From contig CAWGAA010000001.1 in NCBI GenBank assembly GCA_963820525.1, forward strand, positions 192,001 to 256,000: a stretch of DNA of 64,000 nucleotides. The letters run 5' to 3'. Below the pieces are notes generated by a model. That model made no database searches and was not told the origin of the DNA. It saw nothing but the letters and a program-made list of their open reading frames with translations. The stretch is from an uncultured Spirochaetota bacterium (GTDB lineage: Bacteria; Spirochaetota; Spirochaetia; SZUA-6; Fen-1364). Below are positions 49,547-60,026 of this stretch, piece after piece (position 1 is the stretch's first letter; each line of letters begins with the position of its first letter). A program made the position numbers and the translations under genes.

Positions 49547-51067
49547 CTATTCCCCTCTTTCCTTCATGATGTCCAGTTCCCGAATGAGCTTCGAGAGATA
49601 GCTGCGCTGGATGTCGAGGGCCTTGGCCGTCCTCGTCTGGTGCCATCCGTTGGATTCGAGAGCTTTGGTAATAAAGTGTTTTTTGAAAATATTCAATGCC
49701 TCTTTCAGCGTCTTGCGCGCATAGCTCTCGTCGGCCAGGACGGAGGTTGAGGCCAGGGTCAGCGATTCGGCGCTGACAAGCTCGTCCCGGGAGAAGACCA
49801 CGGCCCTCTCAACCGCATTCTCCAGCTCCCGGACGTTGCCCGGCCATGCGTAGCCAAGGAGCGCCTCCACTGCATCGTCCGTGAAGCCGCGAAGCTGCTT
49901 CTTGGTCTCGCTGGAGTGCTTTTTCAGGAAAAACTCGGCGAGGATCGGGATGTCTTCCTTGCGCTCCCTCAGGGGAGGAATCGTGATGGGGAGCACGTTG
50001 AGGCGGTAGTACAGGTCGGATCGAAACCTCCCCTGCGAAACCTCTTTCTCGAGCTCGCGGTTGGTGGCGGCTACGATGCGCACGTTCACCGTGGTGGGCT
50101 CGCTTGCCCCGACCCTCTCGAAAGTTCTCTGCTGGATGACGCGCAGGAGCTTCGCCTGGATGGGCAGGGGCATGTCGGCGACCTCGTCGAGGAAGATCGT
50201 GCCTCCGTCTGCAAGCTCGAAGCGGCCCCGCCTGTCGGTCACGGCGTCCGTGAAGGCGCCCTTCACGTGGCCGAAGAGCTCGCTCTCCAGGAGGCCCTCG
50301 GGAAGCGCGGCGCAGTTCACCCTGATGAAAGGGCCGTTCTTGCGCGGGCTGTTCAAGTGGATCTGCTCCGCGAAAAGCTCCTTGCCTACCCCGCTCTCCC
50401 CCAACAGCAGCACGGAGGAATCGGTCTCCGCCGCTTTCCAGGCGATCCCCAGCTTTTCCTTGATCTGCCGGCTTTCCCCGACGAAGGTGTGGTATCCCTG
50501 GACCGTCTGGACCTTGTCTTGGAGGATATTCAGCTCGTCCTTGACCTTCTTGAAGGAGAGGGCGTTCTGTATCGCGAGGGCGGCCTGCGTGGAAAATATC
50601 TCCAGCCACTCGCGGTCTTCTTCCGTGAACTTTTTCCCGCCCTTCTTGTTGAGGATCTCGATCACGCCGACGCACCGGTCCTTCACGCGCATGGGAACGG
50701 CGAGGATGGAGGATGTGGGAAAGCCGATCTGCGTGGAGATCTCGGGGTAGAATCGCGGATCCGAGGTGGCGTCGTTCACGATGAGAGAGGCGTTCTTCTC
50801 CGCCACCCACCCCGCGATGCCCTCCCCCATGTTCACGGAGTAGCGTTTCGCGCTGGCCCCCTTGGGGCCGAGGGCGATCTCGAAATAGAGCTTGTTGTTT
50901 TCGGGGTTGACCAGGAGAAGAGAGGACGCTTCGCCCTCGGTAAGCTCCGTTGCGCTGGTGATGATCTGCGTCAACAGCGCCTTGGAGTCCATATAGCTGG
51001 AGTTGATCCGCGCGTAGATCTCGAGAAGGATTTCGAGCTTTTGCGAGTCCGCGGCGATCCTCAGCAT
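49547..51067 (-). CDS. GAF-domain sigma54-dependent Fis-family activator
   Basis: GAF domain, GESGVGKE, ESELFGH, GAFTDA, FLDEV, WPGNVREL, HTH. Confidence 0.93.
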   Translation of the reverse strand: MLRIAADSQKLEILLEIYARINSSYMDSKALLTQIITSATELTEGEASSLLLVNPENNKLYFEIALGPKGASAKRYSVNMGEGIAGWVAEKNASLIVNDATSDPRFYPEISTQIGFPTSSILAVPMRVKDRCVGVIEILNKKGGKKFTEEDREWLEIFSTQAALAIQNALSFKKVKDELNILQDKVQTVQGYHTFVGESRQIKEKLGIAWKAAETDSSVLLLGESGVGKELFAEQIHLNSPRKNGPFIRVNCAALPEGLLESELFGHVKGAFTDAVTDRRGRFELADGGTIFLDEVADMPLPIQAKLLRVIQQRTFERVGASEPTTVNVRIVAATNRELEKEVSQGRFRSDLYYRLNVLPITIPPLRERKEDIPILAEFFLKKHSSETKKQLRGFTDDAVEALLGYAWPGNVRELENAVERAVVFSRDELVSAESLTLASTSVLADESYARKTLKEALNIFKKHFITKALESNGWHQTRTAKALDIQRSYLSKLIRELDIMKERGE

Positions 51068-51102
51068 CCCGCCGGGGCGCTCCGAACCCTCTCACCCATG
51101 AA

Positions 51103-52803
51103 TCAGCCCTTGTTCCGATCCTTGATGATGTCTCCCAGAGAGACGGTCTCCTCTTTGGATTCGTCGTGAATGTACTTGTCCATCTCTTCCTTCTGAAGGC
51201 GCCTGGCGTAATCCTTCAGGGAGAGGGAGAGCTTCTGTTTGGAAGAGCTCAGCTCGATGACGACGGCCTGCACCTTGTCTCCCACCTTGAACTTGGCCAG
51301 CGCGTTCTCCGCCGGCTCGACGCGGTCGTCCGCGATATTCACCTTATGGATCAGGCCCTCGATGCCGCCCTGGACCTTCACAAAAAGCCCGAAGTCCGTG
51401 ATGTTGGTGATCTCGCCTTCGATCACGCTGCCCTTGGGGAACGCCTTGGCAACGGAGTCCCAGGGGTCCTCGGAGAGCTGCTTCACGCCGAGCTGGATCT
51501 TGCCCTTCTCCTTGTCGATGCCGATCACCATCACTTCGATGTCATCGTCCACCTTGGCGAAGGAGGAGGCGTTCCTGATCTTCTTGGTCCAGGACATGTC
51601 GTCCACGTGGAGAACCCCGTCTATCCCTTCCTCGATCTCGAAGAACAGGGCGTAGGGGCTTGCGCGCACCACCTTGCGCGTCAAGCGCATGCCGACGGGG
51701 TAGCGCTGGTCGATCTCGTCCCAGGGATTGGGGAGGACCTGCTTGAGGCCCAGGGAGAGCTTGCCCTGCGGCACGTCGAAGTTGAGGATCTTTGTCTCCA
51801 CCACGTCGCCGACCTTCAGGACTTCCTTGGGGTGCTTCACCTTTCGGACCCAGGAAAGCTCGGAGATGTGGGCGAGGCCCTCGATCCCTTCCTCGATCTC
51901 GATGAATGCGCCGAAATCGGCGAGCTTGGTCACGCGGCCCTTGACCACGTCTCCAATGTTGTACTTCTCCTCGAAGTGGTTCCACGGATCTTCGCTGAAA
52001 TGCTTCAGGCTCAGGTTTATCCGGTTCTCCTCGGGCTCCAGGCGGATGACCTTCAGCTGGATCTGCTCGCCCAGCTTCACGAAGTCCTTGGGCCGGGTGA
52101 CGTGTCCCCAGCTCATGTCGTTGATATGGAGAAGGCCGTCAAACCCGCCGAGGTCCACAAACGCGCCGAAGGAGGTGAAGCTCTTCACCGTGCCCTCGAC
52201 AACATCTCCGATCTTCGTGTTCTGGAAGAACTCGTCGCGGCGCTTCTTGACGTCCTGCTCCAGCCAGTCGCGGCGGGAGACCACGATGTTGGTCTTGCCC
52301 TTGGCATAGAGCCTGTCGATGTAGAAGCTGGACTTCACGCCGACGTAGTCGGAGCCCTCGCTGGGCCGCTTGATGTCAACCTTGGACAGGGGCAGGAAGG
52401 CCCGGATTTCGTTGCCGAGGTCCACCTCGTAGCCGCCCTTTATCTTCTTGTCGATGACGCCCTGGACGGGAAGGTGATCGTCGAAGGCCTTGCGAAGGTC
52501 CTTCCAGAAGATCTTCTCGTCGGCCTTGCGCTTGGAGACGATGACCTGGCCTTCCCTTCCCTCCTTGCGGATGAGAATGACGTAGACCGTCTCGCCAAGG
52601 CTCGGCTTCGTGTCGAACTCCGCGGTCGGGATCTTGCCCTCGGACTTGTATCCCACGTCGACGTACACGTAATCCTGGTCGACCTCGATAACCTTGCCCG
52701 GGATCATCTGCCCTTCCTCGATGGGCTGCAGGGACTGGACGTACTGCGCCTGCAGATTCGTCTCGGTTCCTGGGGCGAGGTTCTTCTTCTCTTCTGTGCT
52801 CAT
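51103..52803 (-). CDS. rpsA: 30S ribosomal protein S1
   Basis: Six S1 repeats (DVGYKSEG, FGAFVDLGGFDGLLH). Confidence 0.97.
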   Translation of the reverse strand: MSTEEKKNLAPGTETNLQAQYVQSLQPIEEGQMIPGKVIEVDQDYVYVDVGYKSEGKIPTAEFDTKPSLGETVYVILIRKEGREGQVIVSKRKADEKIFWKDLRKAFDDHLPVQGVIDKKIKGGYEVDLGNEIRAFLPLSKVDIKRPSEGSDYVGVKSSFYIDRLYAKGKTNIVVSRRDWLEQDVKKRRDEFFQNTKIGDVVEGTVKSFTSFGAFVDLGGFDGLLHINDMSWGHVTRPKDFVKLGEQIQLKVIRLEPEENRINLSLKHFSEDPWNHFEEKYNIGDVVKGRVTKLADFGAFIEIEEGIEGLAHISELSWVRKVKHPKEVLKVGDVVETKILNFDVPQGKLSLGLKQVLPNPWDEIDQRYPVGMRLTRKVVRASPYALFFEIEEGIDGVLHVDDMSWTKKIRNASSFAKVDDDIEVMVIGIDKEKGKIQLGVKQLSEDPWDSVAKAFPKGSVIEGEITNITDFGLFVKVQGGIEGLIHKVNIADDRVEPAENALAKFKVGDKVQAVVIELSSSKQKLSLSLKDYARRLQKEEMDKYIHDESKEETVSLGDIIKDRNKG

Positions 52804-53465
52804 ACTCGGCGTATATCTCCCAGATGATTTTTTCTCAAGAGAATTGCTTGAACCACTCTCTCACAAACTTGATTGATGGTCAAGTGAGAGCTATCAATGT
52901 AAAGCGCGTCGGCGGCCACGTCAAGCCTTCCCACGGGCTTCGACCTGTCAACGCGGTCCCTTTCCGCGATTGCCTTCTCGATATCGGCAAGGGTGAGGTT
53001 GCTCACCCCCTGGCGGAACCTCCGCCGGGCGCGCGTGCGCACGTCTGCGTCGAGGAAGACCTTCACTTCGGCGTCGGGAAAGACCACGGTGCCGATGTCG
53101 CGCCCGTCGGCAACCACGTCGCCGCCTTCCGCGATCCGCCGCAGCAGGCGATTGACCACCTCGCGGACCTCCGGAATGCTCGAGTGGCGGGCCACCCACA
53201 TGTCCACCTCGTCGGAGTGGATGAAGGATTCAACCTCCTGCCCGTCCAGGGTGAGCGACCCGTCACTCATCTCCAGGCGGCAGGCTCGGGCCACGCGGAT
53301 AACTTCTGACTCATCGCTGGGATCTCCGGCGGACGTGAGGGCCGCCCACGTCACGGCGCGATAGAAGCTGCCCGAGTTCAGGTAGAGAAACCCGGCCGAC
53401 CGGGCTACGGCCTGGGCAACCGTGCTCTTCCCCACCCCCGCGGGACCGTCAATTGCCACTACCAT
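52800..53465 (-). CDS. cmk: cytidylate kinase
   Basis: AIDGPAGVGKST, DGRDIGTVVFP. Confidence 0.97.
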   Translation of the reverse strand: MVVAIDGPAGVGKSTVAQAVARSAGFLYLNSGSFYRAVTWAALTSAGDPSDESEVIRVARACRLEMSDGSLTLDGQEVESFIHSDEVDMWVARHSSIPEVREVVNRLLRRIAEGGDVVADGRDIGTVVFPDAEVKVFLDADVRTRARRRFRQGVSNLTLADIEKAIAERDRVDRSKPVGRLDVAADALYIDSSHLTINQVCERVVQAILLRKNHLGDIRRV

Positions 53466-54180
53466 GGTCGAAGAACCACCGTACCTCCCTCTGCGTGAGC
53501 TTGCGGAACCTGCCCGGCGCGATCCCCTTCAGGGTGACCGTGCCGATGCGGATCCTGTGCACTCTCTTGAGGCGGATATTCCTGCTCGTGAAAACGTTCC
53601 TGATCTCCCGGTTTTTGCCCTCCAGAAGGGTGAGCAGCGCGGACCGCTCTGATTTTCTGGAGTAGGCGGCGCAGCGGTACAATGTGTCTCCGACGCGGAT
53701 CCCCCTCTTGTAGTGCTCCAGAAAAGCCTCCTCGATGGGGCGGGCGGCCTCCACGAGGTACTCCTTTTCTATCCGGGAGCCGGGATGGCTCACCAGGCGG
53801 GCGAACTCTCCATCGTTTGTGTAGAAAATGAGGCCGGTGGAAAGGAAGTCCAGCCGGCCAACGTGGAAGAGCCTCTCCTTGATGGCCGGAGCGAAGAGAT
53901 CGCTGGCGAGGGGCCGTCCGTGGGGATCGGAGTTTGCGCAGATAAAGCCCTGCGGCTTGTGAAGCGCGATGTAGGAAAGCCCTTGGGTAGGCTTCACCCT
54001 GCGGCCGTCCACGGCCACGATGCAATCGGGCCCGACCTTGGACCCCATGCGGATCATGCCCTGACCGTTGACGGTGACGCGGCCTTCCCGGATGAAATCC
54101 TCGCATGCCCGTCGGGAGCCGAGGCCGGCTCTCGCAAGATAGACCTGGAGACGGATTTCCCGCGATGTATCCTTATTCAA
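53449..54180 (-). CDS. rluB: rRNA pseudouridine synthase (RluB/RsuA family)
   Basis: S4 domain, VGRLD, EGKNREIR; follows scpB. Confidence 0.85.
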   Translation of the reverse strand: MNKDTSREIRLQVYLARAGLGSRRACEDFIREGRVTVNGQGMIRMGSKVGPDCIVAVDGRRVKPTQGLSYIALHKPQGFICANSDPHGRPLASDLFAPAIKERLFHVGRLDFLSTGLIFYTNDGEFARLVSHPGSRIEKEYLVEAARPIEEAFLEHYKRGIRVGDTLYRCAAYSRKSERSALLTLLEGKNREIRNVFTSRNIRLKRVHRIRIGTVTLKGIAPGRFRKLTQREVRWFFDHGSGN

Positions 54181-54709
54181 ACCTTTCCCTCTCCAGACCG
54201 TCCAGCTTGGGCAGGTCCGCTATCGTTGAAAGCCTGAAAGCCTTGAGGAACTCCTTTGTTGTGCCGTATTGAACCGGTTTTCCGGGGGCGTCCTTCTTGC
54301 CCACTTCCTTGATGAAGTTCTTGCTCAAGAGAAGCTTGATCATCCCGTCCGCGGAAACGCCGCGGATTGCCTCGATCTCCGCCCGTGTTATGGGCTGGGA
54401 GTACGCAATGATGGCAAGCGTCTCGATCGCCGCCTTGGAGAGCCTGTTTTCATTGGACTTCCCATACCTCTCCCGAAGCTTTTCCCAGAGATCCCGGCGG
54501 GGAGCGAAGGAGAATCCGCCCCCGATCTCCACGATCTCAAGGCCGTGTTGGTCCGCCTCGAGGGCCTGGCGGAGCTCAGAAATCGCCTGCTCCACAGCCT
54601 CGATTGCGAAGCCTGCCGCCGCCGCCAGCTTTTTCACCTCCGCAGGCTCGCTCTCCAGAAGCAGGATTGCCTCTATGGTGGCGGCTTCTTTACTCAATTC
54701 CATCTGCAT
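54173..54709 (-). CDS. scpB: SMC-Scp subunit ScpB
   Basis: ETLAIIAYSQPITRAEIEAIRGV, YGTTKEFL. Confidence 0.96.
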   Translation of the reverse strand: MQMELSKEAATIEAILLLESEPAEVKKLAAAAGFAIEAVEQAISELRQALEADQHGLEIVEIGGGFSFAPRRDLWEKLRERYGKSNENRLSKAAIETLAIIAYSQPITRAEIEAIRGVSADGMIKLLLSKNFIKEVGKKDAPGKPVQYGTTKEFLKAFRLSTIADLPKLDGLERERFE

Positions 54710-55457
54710 GCATCTCCCTGTCGGCCTTTTCTTCTATCCGCGCTCTGATCCTGATGTCCCCGAAGAGCCTGTTCTGGAAAACCAGGATCCGTCTTTCCTT
54801 GACAAGCTCCAAAACGGCGAAGAAGGCGCACACGATGTCCAGGACCGTCCCGTGCTTGACCAGGTCCGTGAAGAGGAACTCGGAGCGCGACTCGAGGATC
54901 TCGTTCACAAGGGTGATCTTTTCATTGACGCTCACCTCCTCGTACAGGTCTATGATCCTCTCCGAGGAAAGCGTCGAGAGAAGCGACGAGAAGGTCTGAA
55001 GCAGGTCCCAGACGCTCACCTGGTCCCAGATTCCGTCGTCCGTGAAGGGCAGGATTCTCTGGCTCTGGGTCCGCTCGACGATCCACTCGACCTCGCCCTC
55101 CTTGTCCGCCATCAGGTCGCTCAGCTTCTTGAACTTCTGGTACTCGATGAGCTTCTCCACCAGCTCGCGGCGCGGGTCCTCGATCTCGTCTTCCATGGAC
55201 AGCTCCACGGGGAGAAGCATCTTGCTTTTGATGTACAGGAGGGTGGACGCCATGAGGTAGAACTCGGTCATTGTGTCCAGGTCCACTTTCGTCGCGTACG
55301 TGAGGTAGGACAGGTACTGCTCAGTGATCGAGGCGATGGGAATGTCGTAGACGTTGATCTCGGATTTCTTGATCAGAAAAAGGAGGAGATCCAGCGGACC
55401 GTCGAAGTCGCCGAGATGAAAATGCTGTTTCTCGCTCGCGCTTGTGTCCGCCATCAT
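54690..55457 (-). CDS. scpA: SMC-Scp subunit ScpA
   Basis: FDGPLDLLL.LI, IKSKMLLP, DPRRELV, AVLEL. Confidence 0.96.
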   Translation of the reverse strand: MMADTSASEKQHFHLGDFDGPLDLLLFLIKKSEINVYDIPIASITEQYLSYLTYATKVDLDTMTEFYLMASTLLYIKSKMLLPVELSMEDEIEDPRRELVEKLIEYQKFKKLSDLMADKEGEVEWIVERTQSQRILPFTDDGIWDQVSVWDLLQTFSSLLSTLSSERIIDLYEEVSVNEKITLVNEILESRSEFLFTDLVKHGTVLDIVCAFFAVLELVKERRILVFQNRLFGDIRIRARIEEKADREMHADGIE

Positions 55458-55566
55458 TGGACGAGATCGAACCCCCTTCGAAGGTATTTGCATGAACCGG
55501 ACGGTGAATCGACCCGCCCCAGGGGTGGCATCACGCGGCTCGGAAGCGTAAAGAATTCGATAAAAA

Positions 55567-55595
55567 AGTATACTACGGGGGGGAATAAGAGTAAA
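55567..55595 (-). promoter_or_regulatory. putative promoter for scpA and downstream genes
   Basis: TTTACT, 17 bp spacer, TATACT; about 100 nt leader. Confidence 0.5.
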
Positions 55596-56064
55596 CACCC
55601 TGGCCCGCGACCCCGCTCAGATCGTCCCTGTAGGGGGCCCCTGTGCGAGGATCTTTCAAGCCGGGGGCAAGCTCCAGCAGAGGCACCAGCACGAATGCGC
55701 GTTCCCGCATCCGAGTGTGCGGAATCGTGAGGTTTGTGCTGTCCAGGACGAGATTTCCGTAGAGGAGAACGTCGATATCCACGGCCCGCGGTCCCATCCT
55801 CCTCTCCCGTCTCCTGTCCCTGCCCAGTCCCGCCTCTATCTCATGAATCCGGTACAACAGCTCTTCAGGCTCGAGATCCGTCACCCCTTCGACGGCCGCA
55901 TTGAGAAATGGCGGCTGGTCTGCCACGTACAACGGAACGGTCTGGTAGATGCGCGACATGCGAAGATCGCGGCAGAACTCGGACAGAGCCTGGAAAGCCC
56001 TGCGAAGATTGGATTCCCGGTCTCCGATATTGGAGCCCAGGGAGAGGTATATTCTTTCAGCCAC
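55573..56064 (-). CDS. folK: HPPK FolK
   Basis: LSLGSNIG, FLNA, GPRAVDIDVL, IPH...RAFVLVPL. Confidence 0.96.
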   Translation of the reverse strand: MAERIYLSLGSNIGDRESNLRRAFQALSEFCRDLRMSRIYQTVPLYVADQPPFLNAAVEGVTDLEPEELLYRIHEIEAGLGRDRRRERRMGPRAVDIDVLLYGNLVLDSTNLTIPHTRMRERAFVLVPLLELAPGLKDPRTGAPYRDDLSGVAGQGVYSYSPP

Positions 56065-56072
56065 GATCCGCG

Positions 56073-57266
56073 CTAAAGGAGCTCCTTCTTTTCGTCGGAG
56101 TCGGGAGCGCCCTCATCTTCCACGGAAGCTGAGCGCACTGCCGCGGCCTGGGCCTTGAGCCCTCCGCGAGGGGCGGGTTCGCTCTTGGCTTTATCCGCCT
56201 CAGCCGGCTGCTCCTTGACCGCACTCGAGGCCTTGGGGAAGAGGATCTCTCTCACCTGCTTTTCTATCTCCGCCCCCACGGCTGGATTGCTTTCCAGGAA
56301 GAGGCGCGCATTCTCCGCGCCCTGCCCGATCCTCTCCTTTCCGTAGGAGTACCAGCTTCCCGCCTTCTCCACCACGCTGCACTGGACCGCGGCCTCCAGA
56401 AGGCTCGCGCTTGCCGAGATCCCCTTTCCGAAAATGAGGTCCAGCTCAGCCTTTCGAAACGGCGGGGCGATCTTGTTCTTGACCACTTTTACTCGGACCT
56501 TGTTTCCCACGACTTCGTCGTTGCCATGGGTGATGCTCTCGACCTTGCGAACCTCCAGGCGGATGGTGGAGTAGAACTTCAGGGCCAATCCTCCCGTCGT
56601 CGTCTCGGGGTTGCCGAACATGACCCCGATCTTCATCCGGATCTGGTTGATGAAGATGAGGCAGGTCTTTGTCTTCGAGATGGTGGCAGTGAGCTTTCGA
56701 AGTGCCTGGCTCATGAGGCGGGCCTGGAGCCCGACGTGGGCGTCCCCCATGTCGCCCTCGATCTCGGCCCTTGGGGTGAGGGCGGCCACGGAATCCACCA
56801 CGATAACGTCCACGGCACCGGACCTGATGAGCGACTCAACGATTTCCAGGGCCTGCTCCCCCGTGTCCGGCTGAGAGACCCACAGCTCGTCGACGTTGAC
56901 CCCCAGGTTCTTGGCGTAGGTCGGATCCAGGGCATGCTCGGCGTCCACGAAGGCCGCGATGCCTCCCTTTTTCTGCGCCTCCGCGATGGCATGGAGGGCG
57001 ATGGTCGTCTTTCCCGAGGATTCGGGGCCGTAGATCTCGATGACCCTCCCCTTGGGGTATCCGCCTACCCCGAGAGCCGCGTCCAGGAGGATGGAACCTG
57101 AGGGTATCACCTCGACGTCGACTCCCACCGGGGATTCCCCCAGCTTCATGAGCGAGCCTTTTCCGAACTGCTTCTCGATCTGGAGGCGCGCGGCCTCCAG
57201 GGCGCGGAGCTTCTCCTCGATGACGGGTGATTTCTTCTCTGCCGCGGCGGCCTCTTTCTTCGCCAT
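56073..57266 (-). CDS. recA: recombinase RecA
   Basis: [40 protein letters not shown]. Confidence 0.99.
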   Translation of the reverse strand: MAKKEAAAAEKKSPVIEEKLRALEAARLQIEKQFGKGSLMKLGESPVGVDVEVIPSGSILLDAALGVGGYPKGRVIEIYGPESSGKTTIALHAIAEAQKKGGIAAFVDAEHALDPTYAKNLGVNVDELWVSQPDTGEQALEIVESLIRSGAVDVIVVDSVAALTPRAEIEGDMGDAHVGLQARLMSQALRKLTATISKTKTCLIFINQIRMKIGVMFGNPETTTGGLALKFYSTIRLEVRKVESITHGNDEVVGNKVRVKVVKNKIAPPFRKAELDLIFGKGISASASLLEAAVQCSVVEKAGSWYSYGKERIGQGAENARLFLESNPAVGAEIEKQVREILFPKASSAVKEQPAEADKAKSEPAPRGGLKAQAAAVRSASVEDEGAPDSDEKKELL

Positions 57267-57366
57267 GTTTCCTCCAGCGTTTATGAAATAGAGAAACGGC
57301 CGAAAAGATACGGCGCTTCTCCCCACTCGACAGGCACAGCCGATAAGTATACAGAGAAGGTACGGG

Positions 57367-58050
57367 ATGTCCAGTAGAAACGGATTGATCGCGGCAATGG
57401 TGGCCCTGGAGGCGCTTCGGGCATGGGCGGCCGTTCCGGGCTGGGAAGGCTTCGTGGAAGGAAGCGACCGTTCTGCCAATCCCGCGATCATCCAGCTCGT
57501 TTCCACATCCGATTTTGCCGAAAAGAAGGCCCTCCTCTCCGCGATCGGCCGCCGCGCCGAGCCGTACGCCGGGGACATCATCGAATCGCTTGCAAGCGGA
57601 TACCTCGGCAGGGAGGAGTTCAAGGGCGAGCTGCTCTTGAGGATACTCCTCGACTCGCTCTTCTCCACCGCCCTGCCCCCCTCAACACGCGCTGACCGCA
57701 TCCAGGCCAACAGGGAGGCATTGGGTGGCATTGTCCTGCGGCTGACTCATTTCAGCGATCCGCAGCTTGCCGGAGTCATCGTCCAGATCATCCCGGATCT
57801 CGGCCAAAAACAATACTTCCCCATCCTATCGGAGCAGGCCGCCATTCTCATTGCTCGAATGGAAAAGCAGAAGGGTGAGCTTTCTCCGATGGATACGGAT
57901 CTCCTGCTCGCCCTCCTCGACTGCTTCATCGCCAATCCCTCGGCCGACTTTCTGGAGATCTGCCTCACCGCGGCGCGGATCTCCAGAAACGAAGCCACGG
58001 TTTCCCGGTCGCGGTCCGCTGCCGCCGCGATCGCGGCCGCTTTGCATTGA
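57367..58050 (+). CDS. hypothetical alpha-helical (HEAT-like) protein
   Basis: Leu-rich helical ORF divergent from recA. Confidence 0.55.
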   Translation: MSSRNGLIAAMVALEALRAWAAVPGWEGFVEGSDRSANPAIIQLVSTSDFAEKKALLSAIGRRAEPYAGDIIESLASGYLGREEFKGELLLRILLDSLFSTALPPSTRADRIQANREALGGIVLRLTHFSDPQLAGVIVQIIPDLGQKQYFPILSEQAAILIARMEKQKGELSPMDTDLLLALLDCFIANPSADFLEICLTAARISRNEATVSRSRSAAAAIAAALH

Positions 58051-58105
58051 TCGAGGGAAGAGACTCGCTTGGAACGGCCGCGTCCTTCGTGCTAAACTGC
58101 CGGCC

Positions 58106-59179
58106 ATGCGGGGGAAACTGATCGTCTTCTCCACGCGCGCCCTGCGCGATTACGCAGACGAAGTCGTGGCGGCGCTCTCGGCCGGCGGCGGGAAGATGGC
58201 TGAAGATATCAAGGGGGAGCTCTCCATCTCCCGATTTGCCGACGGCGAGATGGAGGCCGAGATCGGCACCTCGGTTCGCGGCCGCGACGTGTTTCTCTTC
58301 GCGGGCGCCGCGCGAAACGCCCTGGGGCTGACCACCGAGGAATGCAAGATCGAGATCTACAATACCGTGGACGCTTTGCGGCGGGCCCAGGCGGGGCGGA
58401 TCACGCTTTTCGAGCCGTTCTGCAGCCCCGGCCGTTCCGACAGGCTCACCCGGAGAAACTCGGTGGGCCTCTGGGTCCACTTCAAGATTCTCATGAGCCT
58501 CGGGGTGAACCACTACATCACCTTCCAGCTTCACTCGGAGAAATCAAAGACATTCATCGATCCCCTGGTCTGCGACGTGGACGACATCCCCGCGCAGGCC
58601 CTGCTCCAGCGCTACATCTGCGATACCTACATAAAGACGCGGGATCGCCTGCTGGATGAAGTGCGAAAGCGCTGGGCCTTCTGCTCGGTTGACGCCGGAG
58701 GGGAAGCCCTGGCCAAGAAATTTGCCACCTCGTTCGGCACGCAGATGATCATCTCCCAGAAGCAGAGGGACTATTCGACGCCGAACACTGTAGAGTCAAT
58801 CAACATACTCTCGAGCGAGCCCGTGAAGGGAAAGACGGTCTGGATCGTGGATGACATGATCGACACGGGCCATTCCATCTACAAGCTGTCCATGGAGCTT
58901 GAGAAGCTGGGCCCGGCGGCCATCAATATTGCGATCGTCCACCCCGTGTTTTCTCCGCCGTCGCTCGACAGGCTCGGAGAGCTCTGCTCGAGAAAGCTCG
59001 TCCAGTCAATCCTTGTGACGGATTCGATAGGATGCAGCAGCGAGATAGCCTCAGAGTTGTCGTGCCTGCGCGTGGTGCCGTCGGTCCGGCTTGCCGCCGA
59101 CATCGTGCAGAGGCTGAACAATGAGCTTCCCCTCTCGCCCCTTCTCGCGCCGTTCAACGCATTCGAATATTTGAAATAA
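58106..59179 (+). CDS. prs: ribose-phosphate pyrophosphokinase (divergent)
   Basis: RFADGE, SVRGRDVF, VDAGG, IVDDMIDTG. Confidence 0.8.
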   Translation: MRGKLIVFSTRALRDYADEVVAALSAGGGKMAEDIKGELSISRFADGEMEAEIGTSVRGRDVFLFAGAARNALGLTTEECKIEIYNTVDALRRAQAGRITLFEPFCSPGRSDRLTRRNSVGLWVHFKILMSLGVNHYITFQLHSEKSKTFIDPLVCDVDDIPAQALLQRYICDTYIKTRDRLLDEVRKRWAFCSVDAGGEALAKKFATSFGTQMIISQKQRDYSTPNTVESINILSSEPVKGKTVWIVDDMIDTGHSIYKLSMELEKLGPAAINIAIVHPVFSPPSLDRLGELCSRKLVQSILVTDSIGCSSEIASELSCLRVVPSVRLAADIVQRLNNELPLSPLLAPFNAFEYLK

Positions 59180-59204
59180 GCCCGCCGTCGGCGGGCCCCG
59201 CGTA

Positions 59205-60026
59205 TTATCTCAGTGTATAGCGCCGGCCTGTGCGTACCAGGAAGCCTTCGTCGACCAGCGCGGCGAGGAGAGGCCTGATGCGTTCGCGTCCCGTTTGGCA
59301 GGCCCGGGCGAGAGTCGTTTGCGATTGCGAGCCTTCATCCAGGAGCGCCTGCAGGATCCTGCCGCGGATCTGACGGTCGGAGCCCTCGAAACGGGGCTGC
59401 CGGGCATACTCCGTGCTCCTCCGATTGGGATTCTTCATTCCTTTTGCCAGGCTGGCGCCGTAGTCCATGAGGGCGGAGTACCATTCCCGCGGATTCTCCC
59501 TGTCGAGAGTCGCTTCCACCAGGGGAATGATCCGGGAGTCAGAAACCCTCGATGCTCCGGGGAAGTAGACGTGGATGAAGACCCGCCTGATGTTCGTTTC
59601 GATAAAGGGGTGGGCGATGTTGAAAGCGAACGCGAGAATGGCCGAAGCCGTCGCCTTGCCGATGCCCGGCAGGCGTGAAAGCTCATCGAGGCTTCGCGGA
59701 ACCCTCCCGCCATGCTGGTTTTTGATGATCTGTGCCGCCTGCCGGAGGGCGAGAGCCCTCCGGTTGTAGCCGAGACCCTTCCATGCCTTCAGAACTTCTC
59801 CCACGGAGGCCGCTGCAAGTCGGGTGAAGCCGGGGAAAGCCTTCAGGAACTGCCCATATTTTTCTGCAACCCTCTCCGTTGAAGTCTGCTGGAGCATGTA
59901 CTCGGAGACGAGGATCCTGTAGGGAGTTATGCTGCGGCGCCAGGGCAGGTCCCGGGAGTTTTTTCGATAGAAATCGAGGATGAGCTTTCGAAACCGTGCC
60001 GGCGAGGGGCCGGCTCTTGCTTTCAG
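59205..60026 (-). CDS. mutY: MutY-like HhH-GPD glycosylase lacking Fe-S cysteines; probable CTG start
   Basis: The frame extends upstream of ATG 59897 through RDLPWRR..PYRILVSEYMLQQT. Also WKGLGYNRRA and LPGIGKATA. Confidence 0.8.
   Translation of the reverse strand: MKARAGPSPARFRKLILDFYRKNSRDLPWRRSITPYRILVSEYMLQQTSTERVAEKYGQFLKAFPGFTRLAAASVGEVLKAWKGLGYNRRALALRQAAQIIKNQHGGRVPRSLDELSRLPGIGKATASAILAFAFNIAHPFIETNIRRVFIHVYFPGASRVSDSRIIPLVEATLDRENPREWYSALMDYGASLAKGMKNPNRRSTEYARQPRFEGSDRQIRGRILQALLDEGSQSQTTLARACQTGRERIRPLLAALVDEGFLVRTGRRYTLR

Noticed and set aside
55458..55545. tRNA-like GGTTCGATC...CCA on the minus strand upstream of scpA
   Set aside because: No paired T-stem or cloverleaf; it is more likely the scpA leader.
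57267..57731. N-terminal extensions in the ORF track for recA (also purB, prs, VWA, nrnA, scpA, ntpA)
   Set aside because: They overlap neighbouring genes; family motifs, and in several cases an RBS, point to downstream starts.
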